The translations under genes and the position numbers were made by a program. Positions 48,328-58,176 of a stretch of 64,000 bases of DNA are shown one piece after another. How positions within the stretch are numbered: position 1 is the first letter of the stretch; each line of letters starts with the position of its first letter. The notes under the pieces are model-generated. The model was not told where the DNA came from and made no database searches. It saw only the letters and a list, made by a program, of their open reading frames with translations. Source of the stretch: Candidatus Poribacteria bacterium (lineage in GTDB: Bacteria > Poribacteria > WGA-4E > PCPOR2b); the NCBI GenBank assembly GCA_965116925.1, contig OZ220744.1:3808001-3872000 (forward strand), given 5' to 3'.

Positions 48328-49137
48328 TCAAAAAATCTGCATAATTGGCTGTCCCTCCCAATCTTCGGACAATGGCAGATCGAGAACATGAGCGAGCGTC
48401 GGGGCAGTGTCAAAGATTCGCACTGGTTCTTTGATCTCGCCGGTCTGCTTGATCTTCGGTCCAGCTGCTATCCACGGAATTGTCAAATCTTCTGGTAGGT
48501 CCGTTCCATGACTCTTTCCGTGCCCACCGTGGTCGCTCTGAACAAGGATAAAGTAGCGTTCCAGCAGGTTTGCCTTTTCGAGTGCTTTGAGCAGAATCCC
48601 GATTGCTTGATCTGCAATGCCAATCTGTTGAATATATTCCTCAGACATCCAAGCATGTCGATGTCCTACAATATCTACCACCCCTAAATAGACGAAGCAG
48701 AAATCCGGTTGTTCGGCGGTCAGGTGTTCCGCTGCGATCTGTGCTATCGTTAGATCACCCTCCGGATCGTCAAGATTCTCCCTAAAATAGGAGAAATCGA
48801 GTGAACCCGGTGCTGCCAAATCTCGGAGCTGCTCCCAGTTATAGATAAACGCCGTCGTTTTTTTCATTGCATGAGCGGCCTCAACGATACTCGGCACCGG
48901 GCGCACCATCGGGACCCATGTATTGGTTGTGATACCGTGCCGTGATGGCGTTACGCCCCGAAACATGGAGGTGTGGCACGGCAGTGTAGACGATGGAACA
49001 ACGCTCTGTGCATTGAAAGTGTAAGCCCCCCGTGCAATCAGGGTATCAATGTTTGGCGTATTCGCCTGCTGGATGCCATCGGGACGGCAACCATCAATGA
49101 CAATGAGGATTGTGCCGTAGCTTGAAGAGTTTTGCAT
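48328..49137 (-). CDS. Alkaline phosphatase/nucleotide pyrophosphatase superfamily protein
   Basis: VIDGCRPD, PSSTLPCHTS, DIVGH, SDHGGH, DTAPT; start uncertain (49137 or 49152). Confidence 0.88.
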   Translation of the reverse strand: MQNSSSYGTILIVIDGCRPDGIQQANTPNIDTLIARGAYTFNAQSVVPSSTLPCHTSMFRGVTPSRHGITTNTWVPMVRPVPSIVEAAHAMKKTTAFIYNWEQLRDLAAPGSLDFSYFRENLDDPEGDLTIAQIAAEHLTAEQPDFCFVYLGVVDIVGHRHAWMSEEYIQQIGIADQAIGILLKALEKANLLERYFILVQSDHGGHGKSHGTDLPEDLTIPWIAAGPKIKQTGEIKEPVRIFDTAPTLAHVLDLPLSEDWEGQPIMQIF

Positions 49138-49284
49138 AAAATTTCCTCTCAATCGTATGGAATGAGTTTGACCGGTGCATAGCGGAATATGGATAAATTT
49201 TGGATCAACAGCGTCTATGATACCCTATCGTGACACCGTGCACAAGTGGAAATTCCTATCGTCAATCCAATCAATTCAAAGTGC

Positions 49285-49313
49285 TTGACACAGTACGGAT
49301 TTCTGAGTATAGT
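49285..49313 (+). promoter_or_regulatory. sigma70 promoter
   Basis: TTGACA-17-TATAGT upstream of the Gfo/Idh/MocA operon. Confidence 0.65.
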
Positions 49314-49396
49314 TAGAGCGCATTAACCCTTGGCGTAAGAAATTATAGATCCCGATCTGATCGGGACGAACCCGTAAGGAAAATTTGGAGAGAAAA

Positions 49397-50404
49397 ATGG
49401 CAAAAATACGAATGGCTCAGTATGGAACGAAACATGGACACGCCTCCGGCAAATTGCAGGCGATGCAGGTAAACGATGATGTCGAAATCGCAGGGGTTTT
49501 TGAACCTGACCCGCAGCAGCGCGCCTCGCTTGAAGGATCGGGTAGCACTGCTTTTGAGGGTGTTCACTGGTTCGACGACAAGAGCGAGATGTTAGAGGAT
49601 GAGAGCATTGTGGCGATTTCCTCCGAGGGTCTCAACGCGGAAAGTCTCGATCAGACCGAGGAGATTGTCGCTGCTGGCAAGCACGTCTGGTACGATAAAC
49701 CTGCCGGCGATAACTGGACGCAATGGCAGCAGGTAGTAGCGGCTGCGGAGGCCAGGGGGCTGCTCATTCAGATGGGCTATATGCTGCGCTATCATTCTGC
49801 TTTCAAGCAGGTTGCTAGCTGGGCAAAGTCCGGCTTTTTGGGCGATGTGTTTGCTGTGCGTGCCCATATGTCCACAAATATAACTGAAGATGCCCGAACT
49901 CGGATCAGCAACACGCATCAGGGCGGCATCTTTTTTGATTTGGGCGGTCACATGCTCGACCAAGTGGTCTGGATTTTGGGCCGTCCGGTGAAGGTGACTT
50001 CATTCTTACGGAACGACGCAGGCTCAGTATCGGCGTTTCAGGATAATACCTTGGGAGTCTTTGAGTTTGAAAACGCCCTTGCTTTTATCGACATCGCCGC
50101 GATGGAAACCCAACCAGCGGCGCGTCGTTTTGAGGTGTACGGCAGTCAGGGGAGCGCGATCATTGTTGAACCCTTTGAACCCGGTCTGCAAATTCGCCTC
50201 TGTTTGGCGGAAGCGAAAGATGGCTACCAAGAAGGTGAGCAGTTTGTAAAGATCGATGGGGAGAGCCGTCAAAGAACCTATGAACTGGAATTAGACGCCT
50301 TTATAGCAACCATTGAGGGAAAGCAGCCCCCGGATCGACCGATGTCACATGAACTGCTTGTGCAGGAAACGCTGCTGCGCGCAACTGGGGGAATTTCGAG
50401 CTAA
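49397..50404 (+). CDS. Gfo/Idh/MocA oxidoreductase
   Basis: AGKHVWYDKP, GYMLRY, GGIFFDLGGHMLD. Confidence 0.9.
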   Translation: MAKIRMAQYGTKHGHASGKLQAMQVNDDVEIAGVFEPDPQQRASLEGSGSTAFEGVHWFDDKSEMLEDESIVAISSEGLNAESLDQTEEIVAAGKHVWYDKPAGDNWTQWQQVVAAAEARGLLIQMGYMLRYHSAFKQVASWAKSGFLGDVFAVRAHMSTNITEDARTRISNTHQGGIFFDLGGHMLDQVVWILGRPVKVTSFLRNDAGSVSAFQDNTLGVFEFENALAFIDIAAMETQPAARRFEVYGSQGSAIIVEPFEPGLQIRLCLAEAKDGYQEGEQFVKIDGESRQRTYELELDAFIATIEGKQPPDRPMSHELLVQETLLRATGGISS

Positions 50405-50441
50405 ATCAAAGGTGCTGCTCTGTCCAACAAGAGAGGGTATT

Positions 50442-52256
50442 ATGAGCGACAATACAACAAACTTAACCATCCGCTTCCTCACTGACGCTGATGTCCCGAA
50501 GATTCCCCGTTTCTTTGAGGGCCTTTCCGAGGCAAGTCGCTCTTTTTATCATCCATACCCCTTTGATCAAGGTGCGGTCACGAAGATTGCTGAAGAACTC
50601 CATAATCCGAGCTGCGTCCATATCGGCGCATTTAGCGACGAAAAGCTGGTTGGGCATGTCTGGTACGTTGACCGAGGAGGAGATGGTTATCCGGGTTTAG
50701 GCATTGGGATTGTCGATACCTTCCACAACAGAGGCATCGGCCAAGGGCTGATGGGCCGGATCGAAGGTATTGCCCGCGAGCGTGGGAAGCAGGGACTCGC
50801 CTTGACCTGTTATCGGGAGAATTATCGGGCGATCCGCGTTCATGCCAAACAGGGCTATCGCTTGGTTGGAAGGACTGGAGATGATGTCCAGTTTCGGATG
50901 GTTCGCAATTTCGCCGACGATGACACGCCGTACACAATACGGGGGGTGTACGCTTCAAGCATTCCGTGGAATATCGCACCACTGACGACGGATACTTGGA
51001 GCCTCGCTGATTGGAAATGGTACATTGAACTGCTCAATGCAGCGGGCTGCAACTTACTAAAGCTTTATATTTGGCCTACGCAGTATTACCATCCGGACGA
51101 GCCGGAATTGGCTTCCAATGCGTGGCGTTATCAGGTCTGGCACGACGCGCTGGCGTATGCCCGTGTGATGGGGATGGAAACCCATGTCGGCTTTTCAAGC
51201 GGAACCGTGCCGCCTTTAACATGGCTGCGCTACCCCCAAATGCGTGCAGAAGATGTCAATTACACCGGCATCACCCTCTGCTGGCAGCGTGGGAAAGAAC
51301 GCATCCTACCCTATCAGGAATATCTGATCGAGACCTTCGCGGACGTGGCGGACAGTTTTGTTCTCTGGTTCGCAGATCCGGGTGCCTGTATCTGTTCGGA
51401 GTGTAGGGACTACTTGCGGGTCATGTTGAACGCCCTACACACTATATCTAAGGTCATTGATGGCAGAGCATCGATCACGGCTTGCCCTTGGTGGATTGAA
51501 AACATTGAAGCCGGACGAAATGGCTTTGCGCCGCACCCAAATCTGCGCCATCGAATTGCGGCAGAGCTACCCAAAGGAAGCGCGGTGATTATCAGAAGTG
51601 TCGAATATGAAACGATTGACATCATGCGGGAACACGGATTGATTCCTTTACCGCTTGCGTTCTTTCTTGATCCGGAAGGAGGATTTGAGTCGAATAACAT
51701 CTTGCCTGAACCCAAATTGCGGCAGATTGATGCGTGGCTCGAAAGAGGGCTTGCGGAAAAACACACCGCTTCACTCGCTTATCGCTTGACGCCTTATACG
51801 CAGTATCCGGGGGATTACTACTTTTTTCGCCGGCAATTGAACCCCACGCAGTCGAGAGAATCTATCCTCACAGGGCTTGGTGAGTATATTTGTAATCCGT
51901 ACCAGCGAGAAGAATTTCGAGAGGAAGAGGCGCGCTTTGCATCAGCAGTAGAGTCGCTTGACCGGTGGTGGAGCGATCGGGGGGAACAAGATCTGGATGA
52001 CGCAGTAGTAGGACTCGACGCTCTCACGGAAAGACACGCCTCTGTCAGAGACCTTGCCGATGCAGCGACTTTGTTACAGCGATTGTCGCATGGATTGGGT
52101 GATCAATCGCTTGAAGAATTCACCGAAGACCTACGTCTTCAGATGAGTCCTATGCCAATTTTTCGAGGGTTGACGCTTGATAATCTCTGGTCAGGTAGGG
52201 CGCAGGCGTTTCTACAACTTCGCGTTCAAAATTGGTTGAACCGGCTACAACCGTAA
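50442..52256 (+). CDS. GNAT acetyltransferase fused to a glycoside-hydrolase-like TIM-barrel domain
   Basis: N-terminal FHNRGIGQGLM...NYRAIRVHAKQGY; then WSLADWKWYIELL..AGCNLL and DPGACICSEC. Confidence 0.6.
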   Translation: MSDNTTNLTIRFLTDADVPKIPRFFEGLSEASRSFYHPYPFDQGAVTKIAEELHNPSCVHIGAFSDEKLVGHVWYVDRGGDGYPGLGIGIVDTFHNRGIGQGLMGRIEGIARERGKQGLALTCYRENYRAIRVHAKQGYRLVGRTGDDVQFRMVRNFADDDTPYTIRGVYASSIPWNIAPLTTDTWSLADWKWYIELLNAAGCNLLKLYIWPTQYYHPDEPELASNAWRYQVWHDALAYARVMGMETHVGFSSGTVPPLTWLRYPQMRAEDVNYTGITLCWQRGKERILPYQEYLIETFADVADSFVLWFADPGACICSECRDYLRVMLNALHTISKVIDGRASITACPWWIENIEAGRNGFAPHPNLRHRIAAELPKGSAVIIRSVEYETIDIMREHGLIPLPLAFFLDPEGGFESNNILPEPKLRQIDAWLERGLAEKHTASLAYRLTPYTQYPGDYYFFRRQLNPTQSRESILTGLGEYICNPYQREEFREEEARFASAVESLDRWWSDRGEQDLDDAVVGLDALTERHASVRDLADAATLLQRLSHGLGDQSLEEFTEDLRLQMSPMPIFRGLTLDNLWSGRAQAFLQLRVQNWLNRLQP

Positions 52257-52311
52257 AGGATTATTGGACGAAAACCGACAACTCATTTGTTCAATTTGCA
52301 AAGGGGAAGAT

Positions 52312-53310
52312 ATGACATTACTACGATGGGGAATCCTTGGTTGTGGAGATGTGGCAGAATACAAAGGTGGACCACCACTCTATACCGTCGAAGGTTCCGA
52401 ACTAATTGCGGTGATGCGGCGTGATAGAGAGAAGGCTGAGGATTTTGCAGCGAGACATGGCGCGAAACGCGCTTATCACACAGTTGAAGAGCTGCTAGGG
52501 GATGACGAGATTAACGCAGTCTATATCGCAACACCGCCGTACCTGCACTGTGAACAGACGATTCTCACCGCGGAGGCGGGGAAGCATGTTCTCTGTGAAA
52601 AACCGATGGGCATGAATGTCGCCGAGTGTCAGCAGATGATTGATGCCTGCCGTGGGAACAACGTTACGCTTACAATCGCTTACTACAGACCCTTTTTTCC
52701 GAATATCGTAAAAATGAAGGAATTGATGGAGGCGGGAGCAATCGGGGAAGTTGTGCTAGGGCAAATCAATCACACCGCTTCCTATGATCCGAGCAGCCAT
52801 GAGTGGGGCGCATGGCGCACTGATCCGAAAATTAGTGGTGGCGGTGTCCTGATGGATCTGGGGAGCCACCGGATTGATCTGCTGATGTATCTATTGGGGG
52901 AGGTGACGTCTGTTTCTGGGTACGCAGAAAACGTCTATCTGCCCCATCCAGTTGATGATTCTGCTGTCTTCACTTTACGCTTTGAAAACGGGGCACATGC
53001 TGTTGCAAATATCAACTGGAATGTTGGCGTTTCGATTGACGAAGTGGCAGTCTACGGTACGGAGGGGAGTTTGCGCTGCACCCCGCTCAATAGCGGAAAC
53101 CTGACGCTTGAAACGAAGGACAAAAGCGAGTCATTCCACCAACCTCCATTGCCGTATATGCACACGGGGTTAGTTGAAGCCCTCGTCAGTCAGATGCGTA
53201 CAGGTGTGCCAATCCGCTGTACGGGACAGGAAGGGTTAAGGACAAATGCGATTATCGCTCAAATCTACGCGAACAGTGTGAAAGGGAACTATAGTGAATT
53301 CAAAAAATAA
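52312..53310 (+). CDS. Gfo/Idh/MocA oxidoreductase
   Basis: WGILGCG, YIATPP, AGKHVLCEKP, GGGVLMDLGSHRID. Confidence 0.92.
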   Translation: MTLLRWGILGCGDVAEYKGGPPLYTVEGSELIAVMRRDREKAEDFAARHGAKRAYHTVEELLGDDEINAVYIATPPYLHCEQTILTAEAGKHVLCEKPMGMNVAECQQMIDACRGNNVTLTIAYYRPFFPNIVKMKELMEAGAIGEVVLGQINHTASYDPSSHEWGAWRTDPKISGGGVLMDLGSHRIDLLMYLLGEVTSVSGYAENVYLPHPVDDSAVFTLRFENGAHAVANINWNVGVSIDEVAVYGTEGSLRCTPLNSGNLTLETKDKSESFHQPPLPYMHTGLVEALVSQMRTGVPIRCTGQEGLRTNAIIAQIYANSVKGNYSEFKK

Positions 53311-53397
53311 ATACACACTTTCGCTCCCCATGTTTGGTAGGCGCTGTTTCCAACTGCGCCGATTTGGAGTGTCTCATTAATTCTAAAATCTACTATA
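53290..53397 (-). mobile_element. 108-bp TATAG-ended MITE (short form)
   Basis: Reverse complement of 36358-36465 with few mismatches. Confidence 0.85.
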
Positions 53398-53404
53398 AGC
53401 CTAA

Positions 53405-54388
53405 TCACTCTGGGGCACTCCACATATAAATGAGTTCTCCATTTTGGCTTTCTTCCGTGGAGATCCAAGGAAAATTGCACTGCTCCATCTTCTCAATCAA
53501 ATGGTTCATCACGCGAATCGGATTGGAGATATGGCACACGTCTCTCAGTTGTGATTCGGTGACTACCTGCTGGTTGATTATGTATTCAATGGCACACTGC
53601 TCATCTAAATTGAGGAGTATTTCTTTTCGTTGATCGTTTGCTGCTACCGGTAGACCCGAATCACCTTCTTCTATTTCCCCAACTTCCGGGGTTTCCTTCG
53701 CAGCTTGCTCTGAATCCGCCACTACCCGCTGTCCCAAACTCTGACAAGCTGGAACCACTGCTTCTGCAATTCTATTTTTGATCCGGTCCAAATCGCCTTG
53801 TAGTTCCTGGATTTCCTCGTGCAATTGCGTGATGAGCTCGAGTGGCTCTGTGTTGTTGATCGGCGAGTTTAACTGCTCATCGTCAGGAAGGTCACTGGCT
53901 TCTCCCCAATCCGATCCTATCTCCTCTATGAAAGGAGGGTAGAGGTTATCTATACTCGGTGCAGCAGAAGGTAGCCCCACATTTTCAGAATCTGCCGTGT
54001 CTGAGCTCTGGTGCGATTCACAAGGTGGGGTATCAATAAGTTCGATGTTGTACTTGTAGGGGCTGACCCCACCTCTGCTATCAATGTATGAAACCTTGAC
54101 GTAGCAGCAATCGCCGACTTTCAATTGATCCATTTGTCCCTGAATCCGTCTGAGAGTGCGTGCATGATAGTCTCGAAGCATCTCCGGCATCCCTTTGACT
54201 AGCAGCTTAAAATAAGCTATCGGATCGCAGTCGGACTGAAAATATGGTGCTTTAGTAAGCGGTTGCGTCAAATTTGGAAACCGCACAATTTTGGATGGTA
54301 CTGGATTGTCTAACGCCTCAAGTTCAATTCCCCACTGGAGCGGTGCCTCTTTTATACAGGTTGCGACGTAAGTATGATGTTTGGGCAT
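53405..54388 (-). CDS. Hypothetical protein (acidic linker, coiled coil, possible C-terminal winged helix)
   Basis: 327-aa ORF with AAGGAG RBS; LITQLHEEIQELQGDLDRIKNRI coiled coil; no family recognised. Confidence 0.65.
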   Translation of the reverse strand: MPKHHTYVATCIKEAPLQWGIELEALDNPVPSKIVRFPNLTQPLTKAPYFQSDCDPIAYFKLLVKGMPEMLRDYHARTLRRIQGQMDQLKVGDCCYVKVSYIDSRGGVSPYKYNIELIDTPPCESHQSSDTADSENVGLPSAAPSIDNLYPPFIEEIGSDWGEASDLPDDEQLNSPINNTEPLELITQLHEEIQELQGDLDRIKNRIAEAVVPACQSLGQRVVADSEQAAKETPEVGEIEEGDSGLPVAANDQRKEILLNLDEQCAIEYIINQQVVTESQLRDVCHISNPIRVMNHLIEKMEQCNFPWISTEESQNGELIYMWSAPE

Positions 54389-54509
54389 TTCAAAGCTCTC
54401 CTTAGTAACACCTCAATATAATAATACAATAGATGCCTCGGTAAGTTCGTCATACGAAACGTGAAAGGCTGCATAAAAGTTACAAAAAATTGTGTTTTCT
54501 GTAATAATC

Positions 54510-54556
54510 ACACAATATATAGTATTCTATTTTTAACAATCGGCTATATATGGTAT
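54510..54556. promoter_or_regulatory. Tandem NrdR-box-like sites
   Basis: ACACAATATATAGTAT (54510-54525) and CGGCTATATATGGTAT (54541-54556), 31 bp apart. Confidence 0.45.
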
Positions 54557-54650
54557 ACAAAACTTGCGTTAAGTAAATATTTGCAACATAAATTGCACCT
54601 AAGATTGCGCGCAATCGGTCTATGATAGTGTGGATTGGAGACTTGCAAAC

Positions 54651-55535
54651 TCAAGGATACATTTCTGGCACAAAGGTTTGGTCTGTCATGGGTGGCCGCA
54701 TATATCCGGTATCTTCTTGGAGTGGTGGTAATTCTAACTTTGGGTGGGCGAGTGCCTCGTAAGGAATCAGAGTCAACAGGTGGTGAATGCAGTTGAGCCG
54801 CGCACGTTTTTTGTCATGAGCATCAACTACATACCAAGGGGCTTGTTTGATATCTGTATACTTAAACATCTCATCTTTGGCTCGGGAATAATCAATCCAT
54901 CTTTTGCGGGATTCCATATCTATTTCACTGAGTTTCCAACGTTTGGCCGGATTTTTGATTCGCCTTCTGAAACGGCGTTCCTGCTCATCCGCATCTACAG
55001 ATAACCAATATTTGATCAGAATAATCCCGGAGTGCACCAGCATCCGCTCAAATTCGGGGCAGGAACGCAAAAACTCATGATATTCTTCCGCAGTGCAAAA
55101 GCCCATTACCCGCTCGACCCCGGCGCGATTGTACCAACTTCGATCAAAAAATACTATCTCACCGGCTGCCGGCAGATGGGAAACATATCGTTGAAAATAC
55201 CATTGTGTTTTCTCCCGTTCGGTTGGGGTGCCTAGCGCAACAACCCGGCAGATCCGTGGGTTCAGTGGCTCTGTAATTCGCTGGATGGTTCCGCCCTTGC
55301 CTGCGGAGTCACGCCCTTCAAAAATCACGACTACCTTTAAGCCTTGGGTCAGGATATGTTCTTGGAGTTTGATTAATTCTATCTGAAGTTGGGCAAGCTC
55401 TTTCTCATAGAACTTACGCTTCAATTTATTTCGTTCTTCTACAGGCTTATCCGTCGGTTGGAGCCTGATGAAATCTTTCCCAGTTTGCTGATCTTTCTGC
55501 TTTTTAGTTGCTTCATCTTTTTTCTTTTTCGACAT
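54651..55535 (-). CDS. ppk2: Polyphosphate kinase 2
   Basis: FEGRDSAGKGG, WYFQRY, FDRSWYNRAGVERVMGFC, KKRARLN. Confidence 0.95.
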   Translation of the reverse strand: MSKKKKDEATKKQKDQQTGKDFIRLQPTDKPVEERNKLKRKFYEKELAQLQIELIKLQEHILTQGLKVVVIFEGRDSAGKGGTIQRITEPLNPRICRVVALGTPTEREKTQWYFQRYVSHLPAAGEIVFFDRSWYNRAGVERVMGFCTAEEYHEFLRSCPEFERMLVHSGIILIKYWLSVDADEQERRFRRRIKNPAKRWKLSEIDMESRKRWIDYSRAKDEMFKYTDIKQAPWYVVDAHDKKRARLNCIHHLLTLIPYEALAHPKLELPPLQEDTGYMRPPMTDQTFVPEMYP

Positions 55536-55616
55536 GGTTACCCCGCTACTGATGCAAGTTTAGAGACTTTCACTGCCTCTTCTCTGACAATTCCGCCGTG
55601 CCTGACAATCCACTGC

Positions 55617-55645
55617 ATTATACTTACTACAGGGTTTTATGTCAA
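55617..55645 (-). promoter_or_regulatory. Consensus sigma70 promoter of ppk2
   Basis: TTGACA-17-TATAAT on the minus strand. Confidence 0.8.
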
Positions 55646-55664
55646 CAGGAATTCTGGTTCGTGA

Positions 55665-55857
55665 AGGGCAATCGCATCTGTTATAGGAATTCGGTAGTTG
55701 GGCAATCAGAACGCTGGGTAAATCCCTTTTGTAGCGCAGATGTACTGCACTTTGGGCACGTACAGATTGGAAATCTGTACCCACGATATGAAATAGGCAA
55801 TGATTTTCGCAATTCAAGGGTGTAAATCCTACACAATATCTACATACGATTGCCCTA
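55665..55857. mobile_element. About 193-bp MITE with AGGGCAATCG TIRs and 10-bp target duplication
   Basis: TGGTTCGTGA-[AGGGCAATCG...CGATTGCCCTA]-TGGTTCGTGA. Confidence 0.75.
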
Positions 55858-55875
55858 TGGTTCGTGAGATTGCTA

Positions 55876-55904
55876 TTGACAAACCATAATAATTCAGTGA
55901 TAAT
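55876..55904 (+). promoter_or_regulatory. sigma70 promoter of the mutarotase operon
   Basis: TTGACA-17-GATAAT. Confidence 0.6.
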
Positions 55905-55958
55905 TATACAAAGATTTTACATACCCTCAGCCCCATTTCCACAATGAAGGAGACAGGA

Positions 55959-56291
55959 ATGAAACATTTTGGTTTGGCAATCAATTTGAAAGATGATCTG
56001 GAGATTATCGAAAAATACAAAGAATATCATAGCAACGTTTGGCCCGAAGTTCTAGAGAGTCTGCACACGATTGGTATCACGAAGATGAATATCTACCTGT
56101 TAGGTCGCCGGATGTTCATGGCAATGGAAACCGTTGATGCGTTTGACGTTGAAAAGGATTTCCCGCGATACCTGGAACAGCATCCACGCTGCCGTGAGTG
56201 GGATGAGCTGATGCGGACCTATCAAGAGCCGGTGCCTGAAAGAAAACCGGAGGAATGGTGGGCGTTGATGGAGTGCGTCTTTGAGTTCTAA
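55959..56291 (+). CDS. L-rhamnose mutarotase family protein
   Basis: IEKYKEYHSNVWPEV, WDELM, MECVF; AAGGAG RBS. Confidence 0.88.
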   Translation: MKHFGLAINLKDDLEIIEKYKEYHSNVWPEVLESLHTIGITKMNIYLLGRRMFMAMETVDAFDVEKDFPRYLEQHPRCREWDELMRTYQEPVPERKPEEWWALMECVFEF

Positions 56292-56463
56292 CCGTAAGAT
56301 AACAGCATTGATAGCGTATGGATCAAGAGGATAAGAAATCTCGCTTAGAAGCGATGTTGTTTTGCACAGCGTTCACGGGGATCGAGGGAAAGTTTGGGAT
56401 GTGTCGTTTGGCACCCGTCTCGCAATCAGAATCGGAACGATAAAAGACAAACGTAAAATAACG

Positions 56464-57237
56464 ATGAAAAAAACAATCGATCTCATTCAGGCAATGAAAC
56501 AGAATGGACAAAAAATTGCGATGCTGACCGCGTATGACTACCCAACGGCGCGTATCCTCAATGAGGCAGATATCGACATCATCCTCGTTGGCGATTCGCT
56601 CGGCATGGTAGTTTTGGGCTATGAAGACACGCGATCGGTTACGATGGCGGATATGCTCCATCACACCCGAATCGTGGCACGAGCCAATACAACGTGTTTA
56701 CTTATCGCGGATCTCCCGCATCAAGCTTATGAAACTCCGGAGCAGGCGGTCAAAAATGCGCGCGCCCTTTGTGATGCCGGTGCTGATACGGTGAAATTTG
56801 AGGGTAACAAGCCGGAGATTGTAAAAGCCATTGTCGGTGATGGTATTCCGGTGATGGGGCATGTTGGGTTATTACCGCAGACGAGTGAGAAATTTCGGGT
56901 GCATGGGCGCAAGCGGTCCGAAGCCGTGCTGATTGCCGATGACGCAAAGGACCTTGAAGCTGCTGGTTGCTTTGCAATTGTCCTTGAATCTATCCCAGAG
57001 AAACTGGGTCGAAAAATCACGAAGTCGTTGCAGATTCCGACAATCGGCATCGGAGCGGGGGCGGGCTGTGATGGGCAGGTGTTGGTGCTTCATGATATAC
57101 TTGGACTTTTTGACCGCACGCCGTCATTCGTCAAGCAGTATGCAAATATGCGGAAAGAGATCCACCGGGCTGTGACGCACTATAAGCTAGAAGTTCAGCA
57201 GGGGACCTTCCCCGATGAAGGGCATTCATATCGTTGA
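56464..57237 (+). CDS. panB: 3-methyl-2-oxobutanoate hydroxymethyltransferase
   Basis: MLTAYDY, LVGDSLGMV, GHVGLLPQ, PTIGIGAG, DGQVLV. Confidence 0.96.
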   Translation: MKKTIDLIQAMKQNGQKIAMLTAYDYPTARILNEADIDIILVGDSLGMVVLGYEDTRSVTMADMLHHTRIVARANTTCLLIADLPHQAYETPEQAVKNARALCDAGADTVKFEGNKPEIVKAIVGDGIPVMGHVGLLPQTSEKFRVHGRKRSEAVLIADDAKDLEAAGCFAIVLESIPEKLGRKITKSLQIPTIGIGAGAGCDGQVLVLHDILGLFDRTPSFVKQYANMRKEIHRAVTHYKLEVQQGTFPDEGHSYR

Positions 57238-57286
57238 GTGGAGCGTAAATTAAAATTTACTGCGCTTTGCAGGTAAGGAGAAAGCC

Positions 57287-58156
57287 ATGTTCAAAATAGG
57301 TGTTATTGGTGATGAGATTTCACAAGATTTTCAAACGGTTGTCAATGTCGCAAAGGAGTTGAATCTTGACTCAATCGAGATTCGATCTGTGTGGGATAAG
57401 CCGCCGCAGGAATTAACGGAGAGCGATATCAATGAGATGAAACGGATTCTTGATGGAACGGGGGTTCAAATCGTCGGAATCGCCTCGCCGTTTTTCAAAT
57501 GTGACATTGATAACCCGCAGGAACGGCAGGAACATCTTGGAATTCTTGAGCGGTGTATCGAGGTAGCGAAAGCGTTTGATATCAACCTTATCCGCACTTT
57601 CGTCTTTTGGAAAACGGATAACGTCAAGGAACGGTGGGGCGAGATTATCGCTTCCTATGACGAGCCGGTGCGGATGGCGAATGGGGAGGGGATGATTTTA
57701 GGGATGGAAAACGAAGCCTCAACTTCCCTATCAACCGCCAAACTGACAGAGCGATTTATCTGTGAAATTGATTCTCCCAACATCCGCGCTATTTGGGACC
57801 CAGCCAACGAAGCTCACTCAGAAGGCGAGATGCCCTATCCCAACGCGTATGAAAGGCTCAAGCCGCTGATGGTGCATGCCCACCTGAAAGACGCTGGCGA
57901 AAACCCTGAAACGGGTGAGATGGAGTCTGTTCCGGTCGGTGAAGGCGTGATCGATTGGCAAGGACAACTTCAAGCCTTCGTTGACGACGGTTATGAAGGA
58001 CATCTCTGCTTGGAAACGCATTGGCGTCCGACCTCAAAGATTGAGGATGATTTGCTCAACCGTCCGGGCGGAACGGCATTCTCCGAAGCGGGGGAGGAAG
58101 CTTCTCGAATCTGTCTGCAAAATCTGTTTGGGATGATTGAGAAGCTGCATAGGTAA
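57287..58156 (+). CDS. Sugar phosphate isomerase/epimerase (TIM barrel)
   Basis: DEISQDF, MENE, WDPAN, HAHLKD, CLETH. Confidence 0.88.
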   Translation: MFKIGVIGDEISQDFQTVVNVAKELNLDSIEIRSVWDKPPQELTESDINEMKRILDGTGVQIVGIASPFFKCDIDNPQERQEHLGILERCIEVAKAFDINLIRTFVFWKTDNVKERWGEIIASYDEPVRMANGEGMILGMENEASTSLSTAKLTERFICEIDSPNIRAIWDPANEAHSEGEMPYPNAYERLKPLMVHAHLKDAGENPETGEMESVPVGEGVIDWQGQLQAFVDDGYEGHLCLETHWRPTSKIEDDLLNRPGGTAFSEAGEEASRICLQNLFGMIEKLHR

Positions 58157-58176
58157 AATGTAAAGGGCAAATGATC

